A DNA stretch of 64,000 nt from Dehalococcoidia bacterium (GCA_034420735.1 DAOULA010000058.1:13154-77153); one strand, 5' to 3'; counted from the first letter of the stretch, positions 28,165-40,104 are shown. Notes: generated from the letters alone by a model not told the origin. A program made the numbers and translations.

Positions 28165-29364
28165 TCAGGTCTCCCTCTTCATCTCCAGCCGCTCCATGCT
28201 CGGCAGCGGCCCGCCGATGAGCGGCTCCGCGTATGCCGCGAAGTCCGCCGTCGGCATGGCGGTCGCCGGGTCGTACATGGCCGGAGGCAGCGTCTTGACT
28301 CCGCCGGCCACATCGTCGAGCGGTGCGGTCCCAGTTCGGCAGGCGTACAGGTCGCCGGGCTCCCGCTCCAGGGTCACCATCACGTCCGAGGCCCCTTCTG
28401 CCGCGTACATCACCGCGGCCCTCCCGGCCATCTCGGCCTCGAGGGCGTCGGTGCGTGAGACAGTCTCGGCCAAGGAGCGCTGGATCGAGCCCGGCCTCTC
28501 GTACCGCACCCTTGCCCCAAGCCTCCGGCCCACCAGCTCGGAGAGATACCTGCCGGCGCCCTCGTAGTACGCGTGGCCGAAGTCGTCCACGTACCAGGGC
28601 TCGTCCGAGCCAAGGACCCCGTGTTCGCCCCGCGTGTTCTCCGAGACAACGATCACCGCCGTCCCGTACCTAGCGTATGCGTCCTCCACCAGCCCCAGGA
28701 ACCGGTCCTCGGCCACAGGCTCCTCGGGCACCACGACGACGTGCGGCGCGTCCCGCTCTTCCCGCTTGCCCAGCACCGATGCCGCGGCGAGCCAGCCCGC
28801 GTCCCTGCCCATTACCTCCAGCACGGCGAGAGGGGCTGCCTCGCCCATCGTCTCCACGTCGCGCCCAATGCCCATCGCCGCCAGCGCGACGAACCGGGCG
28901 GCGCTGCCGTACCCCGGCGAGTGATCGGTCGCGAGCAGGTCGTTGTCGATTGTCTTGGGCACGTTGACGACCGATAGGGCTAGACCCGCGCTCCGCGCCG
29001 CCTGCGCGAGGGTATGGCCGTTCTCGGCTGAGTCGTTGCCACCGATGATGAAGCAGCAGCCGATGCCCATGGCCTCGACCTGCCCGAGCGAAGCCTCGAC
29101 CTCAGAGGGGCCGAGCTTCCTCCGGGTCGATCCCAGGATTCCCCCAGGGGTGCGCGAGATCGTGTCCCATCTCGAGCCGGGGATGCCCCCGAGTTCGAAG
29201 AACCTCCCCTCGACGAGGCCCTCTATCCCTCTGACCGCGCCGAAGACCCGGCCGAACGCAGGGCTTTGGGACACTGTCCGGGCGACGCCCGCGAGGCTCC
29301 TGTTCAGCACCGCGGTGCTGCCCCCGGACTGCATCACCAAGACGTTGTTGGGCCGGTCGGCCAT
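28165..29364 (-). CDS. pfk: 6-phosphofructokinase family protein (ATP- or PPi-dependent)
   Basis: The start is taken at MADRPNNVLVMQSGGSTAVLN (29364). It has the IIGGNDS and PKTIDND motifs. The track ORF 28165-30054 is an upstream extension into lctP. Confidence 0.85.
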   Translation of the reverse strand: MADRPNNVLVMQSGGSTAVLNRSLAGVARTVSQSPAFGRVFGAVRGIEGLVEGRFFELGGIPGSRWDTISRTPGGILGSTRRKLGPSEVEASLGQVEAMGIGCCFIIGGNDSAENGHTLAQAARSAGLALSVVNVPKTIDNDLLATDHSPGYGSAARFVALAAMGIGRDVETMGEAAPLAVLEVMGRDAGWLAAASVLGKREERDAPHVVVVPEEPVAEDRFLGLVEDAYARYGTAVIVVSENTRGEHGVLGSDEPWYVDDFGHAYYEGAGRYLSELVGRRLGARVRYERPGSIQRSLAETVSRTDALEAEMAGRAAVMYAAEGASDVMVTLEREPGDLYACRTGTAPLDDVAGGVKTLPPAMYDPATAMPTADFAAYAEPLIGGPLPSMERLEMKRET

Positions 29365-29369
29365 GCCGG

Positions 29370-29573
29370 TCAGTAGGCCCAGAGGGCCAGCACGCCGGCT
29401 ATACCCAGGATCGCCAGCGATACGAGGGTGAGGGCCGGGTTGTCGAGCGTGACCGCACCAAGATAGATGAGCGGCGAGTCGATCACTATCGCCCAGAACG
29501 CGTACTGCTTGACCTTGTCCTTGGGCAGAGCCCCGGATGCGTGCTCCCTGATCCTGTCGAACATTGCGCCCAC
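29370..29573 (-). CDS. small hydrophobic protein (two predicted TM segments), function unknown
   Basis: 67-aa ORF whose start immediately follows the lctP stop (TAGGTG) and which ends 5 nt before the pfk start. It has a high G+C third position and two hydrophobic stretches. Confidence 0.5.
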   Translation of the reverse strand: MGAMFDRIREHASGALPKDKVKQYAFWAIVIDSPLIYLGAVTLDNPALTLVSLAILGIAGVLALWAY

Positions 29574-31154
29574 CTACAGCAGATTGAGTACTATCCAGGC
29601 CTGGATACCGACCAGCAGCACGATCACCAGGCAGTAGGGGATCGTCCGCTTCATCACCTCGCCCTCCTTGCCCGACAGGCCCACGATGGCCGTGCCGACC
29701 AGCACCTTGGCCGGGGCGATGGCGCTCCCCAGCGATCCGCCAATCGACTGCACGGACGCTATGGTGACCGCCGACACCCCGAGGGCGCCGGCCGTCTCCT
29801 GCTGGAGCACTCCGAACATAACGTTCGAGTTTGTGTTGCTCCCCGTCATGAATGTTCCCAGCACGCCGATGTATGGCGAGAACACGGGGAAGGCCGTCTG
29901 CGTGATGTCCGCAATCGTCCTGCCCAGCAGCACGGTCATCCCAGTGTCCGTCATTACCAGGGCCATCATGACCATGGTCGCGATCCCGACGCTGGTCGGC
30001 ACGCACTGCGAGTAGGTCTTCCTGGCCGCCGCAAGCCCGGCGCCGGGCTTCCATCTGCGCCGGGCAAGGAAGACCCCGTAGGTCAGCGCCAGGGACAGCA
30101 GTATCAGCGGAGCGGGATGCCTGAGCAGCCTGATCTTCGCGTAGCTGTCCTGCGCATCCACCGCGTAGCCCGTGCCAGTCTCGGTTGCCGGGTAGTCAAG
30201 ACCCCAGAACAGGGATGCGCCCAGCTCCTTCACGGCGGGCACCTGGGAGAGCACGCTGAGGGCCAGCACCGCGTAGTATGGCAGGAAGGCCATGTGGAAG
30301 CTGGGGCCGCCCTGCGATTCAGGGGCAGCGTGGTGCTGCTCCTGTTCCTTCGCCGGGGACGGTAGCAGCGGCGTCCTGGCGACCAGCCAACCCACGCCGC
30401 ATCCGACGAGGCCCGATACCAGCGACGCCACCTGGGGAGCGCCGGCCCATGCGAGCAGCCACAGGCAGAGGGCCATCGAGCCGCCCATGACGAGGACGAT
30501 GGGTATCCCGCGCCGCAGGGACGGCATACCGCCCTGTAGGTGGGCGACTGCGAACCCAGTGACGATGGTCGGCAGGGCGAAGAGGGCCGCCATGTGTGGG
30601 CCGATCTCCTCGCCAGGTATCTCCGTCACGAGTTGAATCGTGAAGTACGAGGAGCCGAGGGACCCGAAAGTCACCGCCCAGGCGTGCCCTACGAGCACTA
30701 TGGCCGCCGCCCGCGCCGCGCCGAACCCCATGAAGACCATCAGCGGGGCCACCACCGCGACCGGTACGCCGAACCCCGCGATTCCCTGCATGAACCCGGA
30801 GAAGGCCCATCCCACGACCAGCGCCTGCGCGAGCGGGTCCTCCACAAGCCGCGTCATGGTCCGGCCGATGACGTCGATGCCGCCCAGCTCGTCCACCACG
30901 TTGTAGAGCAGCACCGACGTCCAGATGATCGACAGAACGAAGAGGCTAAGGCTCAGGCCCTTTGCGCTCCCAATGCCGAGGAGCCTGGCGTCGGACTCGA
31001 AGAAGAGAAGCGCGATGGCAGCTACGACGAGCAAGGCCGCGGCGCCCGCCCTCGGCGCGGACCACTTCAAGAAGAGGATCGACGCCAGCAGCGCGGCCAG
31101 CGGCAGGGCCGCCAGCAGCACGTTGACGACGTTCAGCTCAGGCCCGTCACCCAC
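29574..31154 (-). CDS. L-lactate/glycolate permease (LctP family)
   Basis: 526-aa polytopic membrane protein with LctP-type sequence throughout. Confidence 0.85.
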   Translation of the reverse strand: MGDGPELNVVNVLLAALPLAALLASILFLKWSAPRAGAAALLVVAAIALLFFESDARLLGIGSAKGLSLSLFVLSIIWTSVLLYNVVDELGGIDVIGRTMTRLVEDPLAQALVVGWAFSGFMQGIAGFGVPVAVVAPLMVFMGFGAARAAAIVLVGHAWAVTFGSLGSSYFTIQLVTEIPGEEIGPHMAALFALPTIVTGFAVAHLQGGMPSLRRGIPIVLVMGGSMALCLWLLAWAGAPQVASLVSGLVGCGVGWLVARTPLLPSPAKEQEQHHAAPESQGGPSFHMAFLPYYAVLALSVLSQVPAVKELGASLFWGLDYPATETGTGYAVDAQDSYAKIRLLRHPAPLILLSLALTYGVFLARRRWKPGAGLAAARKTYSQCVPTSVGIATMVMMALVMTDTGMTVLLGRTIADITQTAFPVFSPYIGVLGTFMTGSNTNSNVMFGVLQQETAGALGVSAVTIASVQSIGGSLGSAIAPAKVLVGTAIVGLSGKEGEVMKRTIPYCLVIVLLVGIQAWIVLNLL

Positions 31155-32265
31155 CTGCGAACCGCCCGGGGTCGAAGTCCCGTATCGGCATATCCGAAAC
31201 GCCCCGGGCGACCAGGTCTGCGGTGATGCGTCCCATTGCCGCGCCCAGGATGATTCCCGAACGCCCTCCGCCCGTGGCCACGTATACGCCGTCCCAGCCT
31301 GGCGCCGGTCCCAGTAGCGGCATGTAGTCCGCCGACAGCGGGCGCGGGCAGGCGGTCTGCCTCACCACCTGCGCGTCGGACAGCGCCGGCACCATCTTCA
31401 CCAGCGCGGACATGATCAGGTCCCTGGCCTCCGGCGTGGTAGTCTCGTCGAAGCCCTGTTCTTCCTCGGTGGTGCCGGCCCAGACGAGGCCGTCCGGCTT
31501 GGTGACGGCGTAGTTGCCCGCCCAGCCCATCGAGCACCGGTACGGAGGCCCCGAGGCCCGCAGGCGGAGTATCTGCCCCTTCAGTGGCCGCACTGCTATC
31601 GGGAACCCCAGCCACTCGGAGGCCGCGCCCGACCACGGGCCCATCGCGATCACCACCTTGTCGCAGGCGACGTGCCTGTCCCCGAGCGTCACCCCGGTCA
31701 CCTTCGCGCCGTCGCGCGTCACACCGGTGACCTCGCCATGCTCGAAGCGCGCGCCCCTGATCTCCGCGCCCTTCGCCAGGGCGGTCGTCAGTCGCTGCGG
31801 CTCCAGGTCCGACGTGCCCTCGATGTAGACCACGCCTCGCGCCTCCGGGGAGATTCGCGGCTCCACGGCCGACAGGTCGTCCCCCTCCAGCCACGAGACG
31901 GTGTAGCCGTCCTCCCGCTGCATGACCGGCAGGCCGTCCCTGGCAGCGGCAGCCTCCTGGTCCGTGAAGCACAGGATCAAGGAGGGCCGGTCTCGGTACT
32001 CCATGTTCACGCCCGTCTCGTCCGGGAGCGTCGCGGCCATCTCCCGGTAGAGCCGGACGCTGAGGCGGCTGAGATCCTGGGTTGGGCCGTGCACGCCGGG
32101 CCCGGCCAGCGCACTCAGGCCCCCGTAGGCGTGTCCCGACGCGTGGCTGCCCACGGCGTCGCGCTCGATGACGACGGTGGATACTCCCGCCTCGCCCAGG
32201 AAGTAGGCTGTGGCGGCCCCTACGATTCCGCCGCCGATTATGGCTACGTCTGGAGAGCTCGTCAT
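31147..32265 (-). CDS. FAD-dependent oxidoreductase (DAO family)
   Basis: It has the N-terminal dinucleotide motif VAIIGGGIVGAATAY. The 3' end overlaps the lctP start by 8 nt. Confidence 0.8.
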   Translation of the reverse strand: MTSSPDVAIIGGGIVGAATAYFLGEAGVSTVVIERDAVGSHASGHAYGGLSALAGPGVHGPTQDLSRLSVRLYREMAATLPDETGVNMEYRDRPSLILCFTDQEAAAARDGLPVMQREDGYTVSWLEGDDLSAVEPRISPEARGVVYIEGTSDLEPQRLTTALAKGAEIRGARFEHGEVTGVTRDGAKVTGVTLGDRHVACDKVVIAMGPWSGAASEWLGFPIAVRPLKGQILRLRASGPPYRCSMGWAGNYAVTKPDGLVWAGTTEEEQGFDETTTPEARDLIMSALVKMVPALSDAQVVRQTACPRPLSADYMPLLGPAPGWDGVYVATGGGRSGIILGAAMGRITADLVARGVSDMPIRDFDPGRFAGG

Positions 32266-32311
32266 CGACGGGACGGGCCTCCATGCAGGGCTTTCACGGC
32301 TGTCGTACTGG

Positions 32312-33460
32312 CTAAGGCGTGCAAGACTTCCATTCGTCCAGGGTCACCGTGACGCCCTGCTCTTGCCCTTCCCTTATGAAGGTCAGCTCCACCTTGTCTC
32401 CCGGTATGAGCGTGTTCAGGTGCTCCACTATGTCGGCGACGCTCGAGATGGGCTCGCCGTCCACCGCCGTGATGAAGTCGCCGCGGCCCGATGGGATTGT
32501 CCTGAAGCTGTCGGACTGGATTCCGGCCCGCTCTGCAGGGCTCTCCCGGCAGACTTGCGAGACGTACACACCCCTTTCGACTGGCAGCTCAAGCAGGTTC
32601 AACTGGCTTGGAGTCAGTTGACGGCTCATGATGCCAATCCAGGGACGCTTGTACTCCAAGGGTTGCATCAGGTTCGGGAGGAGCTGGCGCAGCGTGTTGG
32701 ACGATACGGCGAAACCGACTCCGGTCTGAAGCAGGGCCCCCGACCCGAACCTGTCAGGGTCGATCTGGACCGCCGACACCACGCCGATCGCTTCGCCCTT
32801 CGAGTTAAGAAGGGGCCCGCCGGAGTTGCCGGGGTTCAGCGCGGCATCGGTCTGGATCATCTCGGGGATGGGCCTGTTGAGGGAGCCCACCTGGCTTCTC
32901 TCCTTGCCGCTGACGACGCCGACAGTTACTGAGTTAGCGTTCTGGTACGGGCTGCCAATGGCTATGGCAAGCTGCCCCGGCAAGACCCGGTCGGAGTCGG
33001 CCAGCCTCAGGGGCTCGATGTCCGAGGCCAGGTCCGGGTCCACCCGAAGGATGGCAAGGTCGTCGGCCCTGCTGCTGCCCAGCACGGTCGCGTCCAGCCT
33101 CCTGCCGTCGTGCAGCGTGACCACGACGTCGCCGTCCATGTCGACGATGTGGGCATTCGTGACGATGTGCCCGTCGTCGTCGACGAAGAACCCGGACCCG
33201 CTCTGCTGGCTGAACAGCTGGGAGACGCCTATCTCCACGATTGCAGGGCTGGCCCGCTCGAATACCGACGTGACCTGCCCCTCGTCGAAGAGGGCCGTGG
33301 GCTGGGTCGCGCCTAGGGAACCCCATGCCAGTACAAGGCCCAGGAGCATCCCAAAGGCGACGAGGAATATCGCTCCCCAGATGGTGAGCCTGACCCCATG
33401 TTGGTCCGGCGAAGGAGGCGGCGCTTCCTGCTCGGTTGCGTGGACGTCGTCCTGGTACAT
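32312..33460 (-). CDS. htrA: HtrA/DegP-type S1C serine protease with PDZ domain
   Basis: It has the catalytic Ser motif GNSGGPLLN, an N-terminal TM anchor and a C-terminal PDZ domain. Confidence 0.9.
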   Translation of the reverse strand: MYQDDVHATEQEAPPPSPDQHGVRLTIWGAIFLVAFGMLLGLVLAWGSLGATQPTALFDEGQVTSVFERASPAIVEIGVSQLFSQQSGSGFFVDDDGHIVTNAHIVDMDGDVVVTLHDGRRLDATVLGSSRADDLAILRVDPDLASDIEPLRLADSDRVLPGQLAIAIGSPYQNANSVTVGVVSGKERSQVGSLNRPIPEMIQTDAALNPGNSGGPLLNSKGEAIGVVSAVQIDPDRFGSGALLQTGVGFAVSSNTLRQLLPNLMQPLEYKRPWIGIMSRQLTPSQLNLLELPVERGVYVSQVCRESPAERAGIQSDSFRTIPSGRGDFITAVDGEPISSVADIVEHLNTLIPGDKVELTFIREGQEQGVTVTLDEWKSCTP

Positions 33461-33623
33461 CCCGGCAACTCCTCGGACGGGGAGAAAACCCGTCCGCTAC
33501 CTCCCAGTATACACCCTCGGGAGCCTTGGCACCTATCTGTACTAGGGACTCCGGCACCCAGTCCCGGCGTGTCGGAACACCGCCGCGCAGCGGTCCGGCA
33601 ACCGGCGATTCTGCACCAGTCGG

Positions 33624-33653
33624 TTGACACCTGTATTCCCTAGCGAATAACAT
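33624..33653 (+). promoter_or_regulatory. candidate promoter for the HU gene
   Basis: TTGACA (33624-33629), an 18-nt spacer, then TAACAT (33648-33653). This is a pattern match only. Confidence 0.3.
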
Positions 33654-33725
33654 CCTTGCATCTCGCGTACGCCTTCTGGAGTGGATGGCGTGCGCCCATG
33701 ACATGCTATGGAGGCGACGTCTGTT

Positions 33726-34016
33726 ATGGCTACGCTTAGAAAGAGCGACATCGCGGCCAGGGTTGCCGCCAATCTCAAGGGGTCGAGTGCTCAAGGAGAA
33801 GGTGCCCTCAACGCTGTGCTTGAAAGTATTCAGGAGGCCCTGGCGGAAGGCCACAAGGTCGTGCTCACAGGGTTCGGGTCCTTCTCTGTCAGAGATGTAA
33901 AGTCGAGGCGCGTCAAGCCTATTCGCGGCGAGGGCGACCTGATTACGATTCCCGCGCACAAGCGGGTCGGCTTCACCGCCGGTTCGGACCTGAACAAGAA
34001 GGCGGCCAAGGGATAG
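33726..34016 (+). CDS. hup: HU family nucleoid-associated DNA-binding protein
   Basis: It has the GFGSF and RNP-arm-like region (VVLTGFGSFSVRDVKSRRVKPIRGEG). The ATG at 33726 follows GGAGG, and the track ORF starts at 33708. Confidence 0.9.
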   Translation: MATLRKSDIAARVAANLKGSSAQGEGALNAVLESIQEALAEGHKVVLTGFGSFSVRDVKSRRVKPIRGEGDLITIPAHKRVGFTAGSDLNKKAAKG

Positions 34017-34029
34017 GAAAACCGGACGA

Positions 34030-34053
34030 GACCCGCGTCGTTCGACGCCGGTC
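34030..34053 (+). terminator. GC-rich hairpin downstream of the HU gene (terminator candidate, no U-tract)
   Basis: The arms gacccgcgtcg and cgacgccggtc are complementary with one mismatch. The hairpin begins 14 nt after the stop codon. Confidence 0.3.
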
Positions 34054-34091
34054 CGCCATAGGCGACACGAGGCGCGGCCCCGGAGGCAGAG

Positions 34092-34976
34092 ATGCGTTAC
34101 TACCGCATACGCGACGACATCGGTAACATTCACCTTACAGTGGAGTCCGAGCGGGGCAAGCTCGCGTCTCTCACGGCTCTCAATGACGAGGTCAGGGGCT
34201 TCGACGACCTGATGAAGGTGAGCTACGTCGGAGGGCAGTCCATAGATGACGTGGCCCGAAACGTGCTCTCCGCCGGTGACGGCCAGGTCTTCGACCTAGA
34301 CTCGGTCGTCGCGTCGTCGAAGGCGGGTCCGGGAGGGAGCAGGGTCATCCGCCCCTTGGATCCTGACGAGATCTGGGCGGGCGGCATCGGCAACTACCCT
34401 GTCCCGGACGAGGCCGTAAGCGCCATGCCCGACTTCACCAGGACGGCCTACGAGGCGGACAGGCCCCCTGTCATGTACAAGGGCGGCCCCACGCGTCTGG
34501 CCGGGCCCTTCGACGACATAGGCATCCGCTCCGACACGACCTCCGTTGCGGAGGGCGAGCTGGTGCTCGTGCTCTACAAGGGCAGGATCGTCGCCTACAG
34601 CACCGGCAACGAGGTTGCCGGCGGACTCATGGGGCAGACTATCTGGTGGATGGTCCCGAGCAAGGTGTTCACGGGCTGCGCTTCTCTCGGACCGTGCGTC
34701 GTGACGCCCGACAGCATGCCCGACCCGATGGGACGGGGCATGGAGCTGACTATCACGCGGGATGGGAGCGAGGCGGGCTCCTCGACCAATACCACCGACC
34801 ACCGGAGACCCCCGGAAGAGATAGTCAAGTGGGTGACCGCACACGACACGCCGCCTGACCTGGTCATCGTGTACACCGGCGGGTGCGTGGCCGACGGCCC
34901 CCTCGAAGAGGGCGACGTGGTCCGCATCAGCCTGGACGGGGTCGGCGCGGTGGAGAACAGGGTCACGGTCGTCTGA
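34092..34976 (+). CDS. fumarylacetoacetate hydrolase (FAH) family protein
   Basis: 294 aa. The C-terminal half resembles the FAH fold (GELVLVL...GNEV). The assignment was made by eye only. Confidence 0.55.
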   Translation: MRYYRIRDDIGNIHLTVESERGKLASLTALNDEVRGFDDLMKVSYVGGQSIDDVARNVLSAGDGQVFDLDSVVASSKAGPGGSRVIRPLDPDEIWAGGIGNYPVPDEAVSAMPDFTRTAYEADRPPVMYKGGPTRLAGPFDDIGIRSDTTSVAEGELVLVLYKGRIVAYSTGNEVAGGLMGQTIWWMVPSKVFTGCASLGPCVVTPDSMPDPMGRGMELTITRDGSEAGSSTNTTDHRRPPEEIVKWVTAHDTPPDLVIVYTGGCVADGPLEEGDVVRISLDGVGAVENRVTVV

Positions 34977-35016
34977 CAGCCCGGTCGCTCCTGCGTATTC
35001 CCCCGGAACACAAGAG

Positions 35017-36846
<1,830 letters not shown>

Positions 36847-36892
36847 GGCCGCTCCCAGCCGCGCCTGTGCCTGGCTCGCCCTCCGGCCATGG

Positions 36893-36918
36893 CCTGGAAC
36901 GGACCCGCACGTTCCAGG
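36893..36918 (+). terminator. hairpin downstream of the GH15 gene (terminator candidate)
   Basis: 9-bp stem CCTGGAACG/CGTTCCAGG with an 8-nt loop and no U-tract. Confidence 0.3.
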
Positions 36919-36956
36919 GAACGGTGAATCATGAATCTCAAACCTGCTTTAGCAAG

Positions 36957-36985
36957 TTGACATGTGAACGTAGGCAGACTATAAT
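36957..36985 (+). promoter_or_regulatory. consensus sigma70-type promoter of the ribosomal-protein superoperon
   Basis: TTGACA (36957-36962), an exactly 17-nt spacer, then TATAAT (36980-36985), about 80 nt upstream of rpsL. Confidence 0.7.
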
Positions 36986-37067
36986 TGCCGCTTGTCGCCC
37001 TTGAGGGGCGTGTGGCTTGGTGTGTGCTTCATTCTCTACCTAGCTCAGTGAGGACAAAGGTCGACTT

Positions 37068-37484
37068 ATGCCTACTGTGAACCAGTTGGTGCGGAAGGGA
37101 CGGAAGAGCAAGCGGCGCAAGGACAAGGCTCCCGCGTTGCGGTTCTCTTTCAACACGATAAAGAACAGGGGCCGGAGAGACTCCGGGTCGCCCCAGAAGC
37201 GCGGCGTGTGCATCCAGGTGAGGACGCAGACGCCGAAGAAGCCGAACTCCGCCCTGCGCAAGGTGGCGAGGGTCAGGCTCACGAATGGCGTCGAGGTCTC
37301 CGCATACATTCCCGGAGAGGGTCACAACCTCCAGGAGCACTCGGTTGTGCTGATACGCGGAGGCAGGGTCAAGGACCTCCCGGGCGTCCGGTATCACATA
37401 GTGAGAGGGGCCCTGGATACCGACGGCGTCAGCGAGCGAAGACGAGGACGCAGCAAGTACGGAAGCAAGAAGGAAAGGCGGTAG
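37068..37484 (+). CDS. rpsL: 30S ribosomal protein S12
   Basis: [13 protein letters not shown]... with the [10 protein letters not shown] motif. Confidence 0.98.
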   Translation: MPTVNQLVRKGRKSKRRKDKAPALRFSFNTIKNRGRRDSGSPQKRGVCIQVRTQTPKKPNSALRKVARVRLTNGVEVSAYIPGEGHNLQEHSVVLIRGGRVKDLPGVRYHIVRGALDTDGVSERRRGRSKYGSKKERR

Positions 37485-37517
37485 AGTTGCCGTCCCAGGC
37501 ACTCAAGGTTACGTCAG

Positions 37518-37988
37518 ATGGCTAGACGCAGGCGTTCGGAAAAGAGAGAGGTCAAGCCCGACCCGAGGTTCGGAAGCGTCGAGCTTGCCCGTTTCATCAA
37601 CAAGGTAATGCTGAAGGGCAAGAAGACAGTGGCGCAGCGGATCGTCTACGGCGCATTGGATATTGCCCAGCAGGAGTCCCGGTCGTCCGGCCTCGAGGTC
37701 TTCCGGCAGGCCATGAGAAACGCCATGCCCCAGGTGCAGGTCCGGTCACGCAGGGTGGGCGGCACCACGTACCAGGTCCCCACAGACATACGACCCGAGC
37801 GCCAGGAGGCCCTGGCCATGAAGTGGGTCATCACATCCGCCCGGGACAAGTCCGGCAGCCCGATGGCCAGCCGCTTGGCCCAGGAACTCGTGGAGGCGTC
37901 CCGCAGCCAGGGCAACGCCGTCAGGAGAAAGGAGGAGATGCACCGAATGGCGGAGGCCAATCGCGCTTTCGCCCACTACCGGTGGTAG
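37518..37988 (+). CDS. rpsG: 30S ribosomal protein S7
   Basis: MARRRRSEKREVKPDPRF... with the C-terminal AFAHYRW. Confidence 0.98.
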   Translation: MARRRRSEKREVKPDPRFGSVELARFINKVMLKGKKTVAQRIVYGALDIAQQESRSSGLEVFRQAMRNAMPQVQVRSRRVGGTTYQVPTDIRPERQEALAMKWVITSARDKSGSPMASRLAQELVEASRSQGNAVRRKEEMHRMAEANRAFAHYRW

Positions 37989-38026
37989 CCTCCCGCACCC
38001 CGCCCTCCCCCTCTGCATCGCTTACT

Positions 38027-40096
38027 ATGACTTCCTCCTCAGCACTCGAAGCCGTCCGAAACATTGGGTTTATTGCGCACATCGACGCCGGCAAGACGAC
38101 GGTGACCGAGCGTGTGCTCTACATGGCCGGCCGCATCTACAAGATAGGGGCGGTCGACGAGGGCACGACGGCGATGGACTGGATGGCCCAGGAGCGCGAG
38201 CGCGGCATCACGATCACCTCCGCGGCCACGGCGTGCCGCTGGCAGGGGTACGACGTCAACATCATCGACACCCCGGGTCACGTCGACTTCACCGCCGAGG
38301 TGGAGCGCAGCCTCAGGGTCCTGGACGGCGGCGTGGTGATATTCGACGCCGTCGCGGGAGTCGAGCCCCAGTCCGAAACGGTGTGGCGCCAGGCCGACAG
38401 GTACAAGGTCCCCCGCCTCTGCTTCGTGAACAAGATGGACAGGGTCGGGGCCGACTTCGAAAAGACCGTCGACTCGATCTCCCGAAGACTCCAGGCCAGG
38501 CCCGTCCCCATCCAGATGCCCCTCGGCGAGGAGCATTCGTTCAGGGGCGTCGTCGACCTGGTGGAGGGAAAGGCATACCTCACCGACCCTGATGACCCGA
38601 GGGCAGTCGTGGACGGCCCGGTCCCCGACGACGCGATGGACGACTACCTGAGGCATCGCGACGTGATGATCGAGAGGGTCGCCGAAACGGACGACGACCT
38701 GATCATGAAGTACCTCGAGGGCGAGGAGATAACTAACGAAGAGCTGAAACAGGCCCTCCGAACGGCGACGATCGAGTACAGGCTGGTCCCGGTCCTGTGC
38801 GGCAGCGCGCTCAACAACCAGGGACTGCAGCCCCTCCTCGACGCCGTGGTGGACTACCTGCCCTCTCCCCTCGACGTGGAGCCGGCTCGCGGCAGCGACC
38901 CGGACACGGGTGAGGAGATGCTGCGGGTGCCGGAGTTGGAGGCGCCGTTCTCCGCTCTTGCCTTCAAGGCCGTGGCCGACCCGTTCATCGGCAGGCTGGT
39001 CTACTTCAGGGTCTACTCCGGCTCAGTGCAGGCGGGCTCCGCCGTGCTGAATACGCGGACGGGCCGCAGGGAGAGGCTAGGCCGGATAGTCAAAATGCAC
39101 GCGCAGCACCGCGAGGACATGGCCGAGGTCAAGGTCGGCGACATCGCCGCCGTGGTGGGCGCGCGCCAGACATCGACGGGCGACACCCTCTGCGACGAAA
39201 AGGACCCGATCTCGCTCGAGACCATCACCTTCCCGGAGCCCGTTATTTCCATGGCCATCGAGCCGAGGACCCGGGCGGAGCAGGACCGGCTCGTCGACGC
39301 CCTCAACAAGCTGTCGGACGAGGACCCGACGCTTGAGGTCGTATACGACGAAGAGGTCGGCCAGACTGTAATCTCCGGCATGGGCGAGCTCCACCTCGAC
39401 ATCATCGTCGACCGCATGAGGCGTGAATACAAGGTCGACTCCAACGTCGGAAGACCAAGGGTCGCATACCGCGAGACCATCCGCCGAAAGGGCAGGGGCG
39501 AGGGTAGGCTGGTGCGCCAGACCGGTGGCCATGGCCAGTTCGCTCACGTGATCCTGGAAATCGAGCCGCTCGAGCGAGGCGGCGGCGTTGAGTTCGCAGA
39601 CCAAATAAGGGGAGGCGCGATCCCGCGCGAGTACATCCCCGCCGTGGAGAAGGGGATCCAGGACGCGCTGGGCGTCGGCCCCCTCTCCGGCTACCCCGTC
39701 GTAGACGTGAAGGTGAACCTGGTGGACGGGCGCTACCACGAAGTCGACTCGTCCGAGATGGCCTTCCGCATCGCCGGGTCGATGGCCGCCAAGTCCGCAA
39801 TCGACAAGGCTCGACCCACGAGGCTCGAGCCGATCATGAAGCTGGAGATTGCCACGCCCGGAGAGTTCCTGGGCGACGTGCTGGGAGACCTGGGCAGGCG
39901 CAGGGCCCCGATCAAGAGCATCGAAGGAACGGGCGACATACAGTCCGTCCAGGCCAGGATCCCCCTTGCGGAGAGCTTCGGATACGCAGGAACCCTCAGG
40001 TCCCTTACCCAGGGGAGAGCGACCTACTCAATGGAGTTCGAGCGATATGAGGAGGCGGCGGAGACCGACGTGGTCGTCGCCGCACACGGAGGATAG
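38027..40096 (+). CDS. fusA: elongation factor G
   Basis: The ATG at 38027 gives [25 protein letters not shown]. It has the DTPGHVDF and NKMD G-motifs. The track ORF 37823-40096 is an upstream extension. Confidence 0.97.
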   Translation: MTSSSALEAVRNIGFIAHIDAGKTTVTERVLYMAGRIYKIGAVDEGTTAMDWMAQERERGITITSAATACRWQGYDVNIIDTPGHVDFTAEVERSLRVLDGGVVIFDAVAGVEPQSETVWRQADRYKVPRLCFVNKMDRVGADFEKTVDSISRRLQARPVPIQMPLGEEHSFRGVVDLVEGKAYLTDPDDPRAVVDGPVPDDAMDDYLRHRDVMIERVAETDDDLIMKYLEGEEITNEELKQALRTATIEYRLVPVLCGSALNNQGLQPLLDAVVDYLPSPLDVEPARGSDPDTGEEMLRVPELEAPFSALAFKAVADPFIGRLVYFRVYSGSVQAGSAVLNTRTGRRERLGRIVKMHAQHREDMAEVKVGDIAAVVGARQTSTGDTLCDEKDPISLETITFPEPVISMAIEPRTRAEQDRLVDALNKLSDEDPTLEVVYDEEVGQTVISGMGELHLDIIVDRMRREYKVDSNVGRPRVAYRETIRRKGRGEGRLVRQTGGHGQFAHVILEIEPLERGGGVEFADQIRGGAIPREYIPAVEKGIQDALGVGPLSGYPVVDVKVNLVDGRYHEVDSSEMAFRIAGSMAAKSAIDKARPTRLEPIMKLEIATPGEFLGDVLGDLGRRRAPIKSIEGTGDIQSVQARIPLAESFGYAGTLRSLTQGRATYSMEFERYEEAAETDVVVAAHGG

Positions 40097-40104
40097 CCCG
40101 GGTA

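Noticed and set aside
28165-30054. 629-aa version of the pfk ORF
   Set aside because: The upstream 230 codons run antisense-free but off-frame through the small ORF and lctP, and they are Arg/Gly/His-rich. PFK homology starts at MADRPNNVLVMQSGG (29364).
32934-34133. 399-aa minus-strand ORF covering the htrA 5' region, the intergenic region and the HU gene
   Set aside because: It crosses a divergent promoter region and is antisense to HU. The sequence does not look like protein.
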